This document shows positions 60,401 through 64,000 of a stretch of DNA of 64,000 nt, piece after piece. The DNA is taken from contig CM119263.1 of the NCBI GenBank assembly GCA_051294375.1, positions 11,120,703 to 11,184,702 on the forward strand, given 5' to 3'. The DNA is from Paraspadella gotoi (taxonomy: Eukaryota > Animalia > Chaetognatha). The stretch's first letter is position 1. Every line of letters starts with the position of its first letter. A program made the translations under genes and the position numbers. The notes below the pieces were generated by a model, which saw only the letters and a list, made by a program, of their open reading frames with translations, was not told where the DNA came from and did no database searches.

Positions 60401-63323
60401 AAACTATTAGTATAAATTTTATTAAATTTTAGCTATCTATTTGTAAGCAATAATTTTTTAAAAGTAACTACTCAAACAGAAAGTTAAAACGGAAGAAAAT
60501 TAACATATTTTTAACCTTTTGTATTGAGGGTATTATATGACTCAACCAATTTTTTTTAACTGATACATATGAATTTTTTTTATAAAAATCCATATTTTTA
60601 ATTTTAAATTTTTTAATAATATATTCTTTTAACTTATACATATAGCTTCCCTTTATAAAAATATACATTTATTATTTATATTTTTTAAAAATATATGATA
60701 CATACAATACACGCAATTCAAGATTTAAGAGTGTCCTCTTTTTTTTTGCACAGGACTGTATTGAACCCTATATAATAATGAGGCATGTTATTTGTATATT
60801 TATGAATTTATGAATTAACTAAAGCTTATAGAGTATTTCTAAAACAAAAACGGGTTTTATTGCCACAAAAAATTATAGTCAATATAAAATGTATCAAAAA
60901 TTTATCTTCTATATTGATATAATTAAACAATTTACAATATGAGCATGAAGATTTGGCTTTTTCTACATAAAATAGTTAACATTTGATAAAAAACCTTTTT
61001 ACACCTTTTTGGCCCGACCAAGTTTTTTTATCCATCCAAAACAGACAAAACCGAAAAAACATGTTTACGGTTTTCTTTCCGTCTCATCGCCATCAAAAGA
61101 AAACATTTCTTTTCCCTTTTTTTCTCTTTCCTCCAACCGCGTGCTTGGTGTCACCAACTCCACCAACCTCCCCCTTCTTTCCCCCACTTCACACCGAACA
61201 CCGACAAACATTCTCACGTGCTTCCATTTTGACACGCCTTGCACTCTCTCCCTCACTCTCCCGACACACACAACCCTTCACATCCTGGCAGGACGCGTCC
61301 TACGTGGGCGTCGGCGTTGACGTGTGGGCCATGGGCGTCCTTCTCTTCTTCATGGTGACGTCCCAGATGCCGTTCCGGGCCGATACCGTTGCCAAACTCA
61401 AGACGGTCATCCTCGCGGGCGACTTCGACATCCCGTCCTACGTCTCCGACGACTGCAAGACGCTCATTCGGAGCATACTCAGGCAGAACCCCGAGGAGAG
61501 GTGGGTGTTGGTGGAGTTCGAGGGGGACGAAGAACTTGCCTTCTCTTTTCCAGTTTTTCTCTTCATCAGTGACTTCTCACGGTTTTCCCTCCTTTTTTTT
61601 GCCCAGAATCACCATTAAAGAAATGACGACGACGTCTCCCTTCCTCCGCAACCAACGCTTCCCCTCCGCCCTTCGCCCCTTTTACACCCCTGGGGGTCGC
61701 GGGGCCAAAGAGCTCGCCCTCGCCGCTTCCCACTCCGTCTCGGAGAGCGAGGGGACGGCGTCGGCGGCGCCGCTTCCGTCCAACCGGTGCGGCGGAAGCG
61801 TGGCGCCGCCGCTGCATTGCACGCCATCAAGGTGTGTTTGAACAAACGATAGAAGAAAAGCACAAGATCGGGATTTCTCATTCTCTCGATTCATTTCCTA
61901 AACTAAAGCCCATTCTTCTTCGTGACAAATTCGTTTTCTCAACTTCTTTCCCCCCTGCTGATTCTTCTTTTTCTGTTTCTACGTATTCAATTTATAATAT
62001 TTTTTTATTACGGCCTAAAGAAGTCTGATAACTTATTCATTATTACCTTTTAACAGAAATCCGGACAAATTCACTACCACGTTTGAAGACGAAGAAAATG
62101 AAACGAGGGATATTCTCTTTTCTTTAGGTAATTTGATACTAATCTATGTTTTGTTCAGTGACGGTTAACTCGCCATTTTCCAGCGGTGTATCGGAATTTG
62201 ACCCAAACTGCATTTCTGACCCATATCCCATCGATCCCTCCATCTTGTTTCGACTCAAGGCATAACGGAGGCCCACCTCCGCCAAGTCCGCCTCCGCGAC
62301 GCCCGTTCGTCTGTGACCGGCGTCTTTCGCATCGTCCTCCACCGCGTGCAGAAGCGTCGGATGTTAATGGCGGAGTCTTCCGGTGTGTGGGGCGACGCCG
62401 ACGCGGGGAGCGGCTCTCTCGGCGCCGCGGGATACCCGCGCCCGAAGAATCCGACGACCCAAACGACGCCCAAGTCCAGCCCTAAGTTCCCCAAACGGAG
62501 TTGGGGCGCGGGACTCGGCAGCCCCAAACTCTGGTCCAAGATGAGGCATGGCGCTTCGGAAGGAAACGGCGCCGGCGGGGCTTGCTCTTCGGATTCCCGA
62601 TCGTCCGAGGTCAAACATTCCATGGCCAAGTCGACCGGCGCCGTAAAACGCTCCAGCGGCGTCGCGCTACAAAACTGCATAAAATCGAAGTCGACCGACG
62701 CGGAATTAAACGACGTGACGCCGGCCGTCGAGGACGCGGGCAACGTGGTCGTTACCGGCGCCGTCGCCATTGCTAATGGCGGCGCCATCGTCGTCGCAGA
62801 GGACTCTGCTACGACTTCGACGGCACCGTTCAGCGTCGTCAACGGACACGTCGATGCAGGTGACGAAGTCGTTCTTTCCTGCGCCGCCGCTTCCGCCGTC
62901 GGCGTCACTGACTCACGTCGACACACCCCCGTCCACTCGCGCCCGACGGCGCCAAATATCGCGGCGCCCATTCCTCCACTCTCCCCTCGCCCCGGCGTCG
63001 CGGTGTCAGCGGCCGATTCTATAGAGAAATCGGCGTCGAAAATGGCGGCGCCGAGCGTGGAGCTACTTGTCGACGTCGCCGCCATCGAAGCCGGGCTCGA
63101 CGCCGCGACGCCTTCGGATCGAAAATCTCGGACGCCGCCGCCGTCGTCGGCGCCGCCGTCGTCGTCGTCGCAGCAGACGAACGATTTTCGCTCAACGAAT
63201 TTGAAACGCGCCAAATCAGCCAAAACGAAAGGGTCGTCGTCGTCGTCGGCAGGCGCCGCTGGCGACAGAAGCGGGCGAGATTCTGTTGATGGAGAAGAAA
63301 ACAAAAGTTGCAACATTTTGTAA
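57464..63323 (+). CDS. NIM1K: Serine/threonine kinase NIM1 (AMPK-related, CAMK group), multi-exon gene
   Basis: Phase-consistent GT-AG exons: 57464-57527 (putative first), 57725-57802, 57966-58120, 58203-58307, 58495-58611, 58716-58838, 58926-59153, 61292-61500, 61607-61831, 62057-62127, 62260-63323 (TAA). The spliced protein has LTTFEQL..VTLGKRIGFYRLREELGSGNFSQVKMGLHSLTRDKVAIKIIDKTKLDQRTQRLLSREISSMERLHHPNIIRLFE, HRDIKAEN, DFG, TFCGSPPYAAPELF, VDVWAMGVLL, MPFRADTVAKLK and post-kinase LGITEAHL..RDARSSVTGVFRIVLHRVQK, all matching NIM1K as I recall it. Ends CNIL. The 5' start is uncertain. Confidence 0.93.
59810..60403 (-). mobile_element. Helentron/DINE-1-like non-autonomous element fragment nested inside the Tc1 element
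   Basis: Minus strand begins TTTTTAGTCGG..CCGACT (terminal hairpin 60368-60398), then CTATAATTCACTTTGTCGGTCCGTCGGTCCG. A second (GTCY)n-like tract lies at about 60101-60135, followed by two diverged roughly 140-bp tandem units (about 59810-60090). Boundaries approximate. Confidence 0.5.
60195..60271. repeat. Near-perfect 77-bp palindrome
   Basis: 38-bp arms 60195-60232 and 60234-60271 with 2 mismatches. The 14-bp direct repeat GCATAATTTATCAT occurs at 60148-60161 and 60272-60285. Confidence 0.9.
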
Positions 63324-64000
63324 ACTTATTATCGATAAAAGAAATGGTTAAGTGTTAAAAAACCAATACGATATATAGACCAATAGAGGTAAGATAGTTT
63401 TGATAACTTAAAAATTAATACATTTAATCGATTTATTGTTTAAAAAGCCTTATTCGACTCTCTGGAAACCCGCGGGAAAAACATATATTAACTAAAACAA
63501 AATGATATTATTCAGAGTAGGAGTTCGTCATTTTAAGCATGTGCCTTTACTTGTGATTTTACTCCTATTATTCTTTTTCATGATTCGAATGCATTTGCGT
63601 TACAAAGACGAAAAAAAATATCCATTTTTATCTAAATCGTCATGGAACTGATAAATTTTTTGTTTTCAAATACAGAACTTTTCTCTCTCTTTCTCCATTA
63701 AAATAAAATGAAATCGCATGTATTCGCTTTTGAGGCGTATTATTTACGAACCGGTCACTTTCCAAATCCCAAATTTTTTCACGAAAATTAAATTACGATT
63801 TTTTTATCGTATTACGTTTATTATTAATGTAACTTTTCTGAAAATTACAAAAACAAATCTCCGCTTCAGTTTTTTTCCGAACCAGCGGACATTAGGAGGA
63901 GAATTGAACTCGGAGATTTACAAAAAAACAAAGAAAAAAAACACCCGCTAAGTTTAATAACCGCATATCAAACAAAAAAAAAATCAATCTTCATAAATTA

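Larger units (their letters stand above)
59600..60758. mobile_element. Non-autonomous Tc1/mariner-type DNA transposon in a NIM1K intron
   Basis: Left TIR CAGTCCTGTGCAAAAATATAGGACAC (59600-59625), right TIR GTGTCCTCTTTTTTTTTGCACAGGACTG (60731-60758), TA on both flanks (59598-59599, 60759-60760). AT-rich interior with no transposase ORF. Confidence 0.85.

Noticed and set aside
60376-60403. CTGATGAG motif suggesting a second hammerhead ribozyme
   Set aside because: No GAAA after a stem II; the motif lies in the terminal hairpin of the nested element.
62255-63316. 353-aa minus-strand ORF
   Set aside because: Antisense shadow of the GC-rich last NIM1K exon.

Overview
Eukaryotic (invertebrate metazoan-like) draft-assembly sequence: AT-rich, dense in (CT)n/(GA)n and other microsatellites, with GT-AG introns and several N gaps, four of them exactly 25 N. 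Most ORF-track entries are low-complexity artefacts. Three spliced + strand genes can be rebuilt by hand. (1) A partial gene (exons 23077-43399) ending in a degenerate EF-hand pair that resembles the C1orf87 C-terminal domain. (2) A divergent M13 (neprilysin/ECE-type) zinc metallopeptidase (46218-54181; HEMTH, ENQAD) with several single-base frameshifts. (3) NIM1K, an AMPK-related kinase (about 57464-63323) with a long low-complexity tail ending in CaaX. The first 36 kb contains three multi-kb inverted duplications whose noisy arms and 25-N gaps point to long-read gap-filling or fold-back artefacts. The most notable non-coding element is a minimal type I hammerhead ribozyme (7730-7770, minus strand) inside a 172-bp inverted repeat resembling a Penelope-like pLTR remnant. 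Also seen: a TA-flanked Tc1/mariner-type non-autonomous element with a nested Helentron/DINE-like end, a candidate tRNA-derived SINE, a small MITE, and relaxed 5' splice-site usage. No database searches were run; homology statements rest on recalled family motifs.
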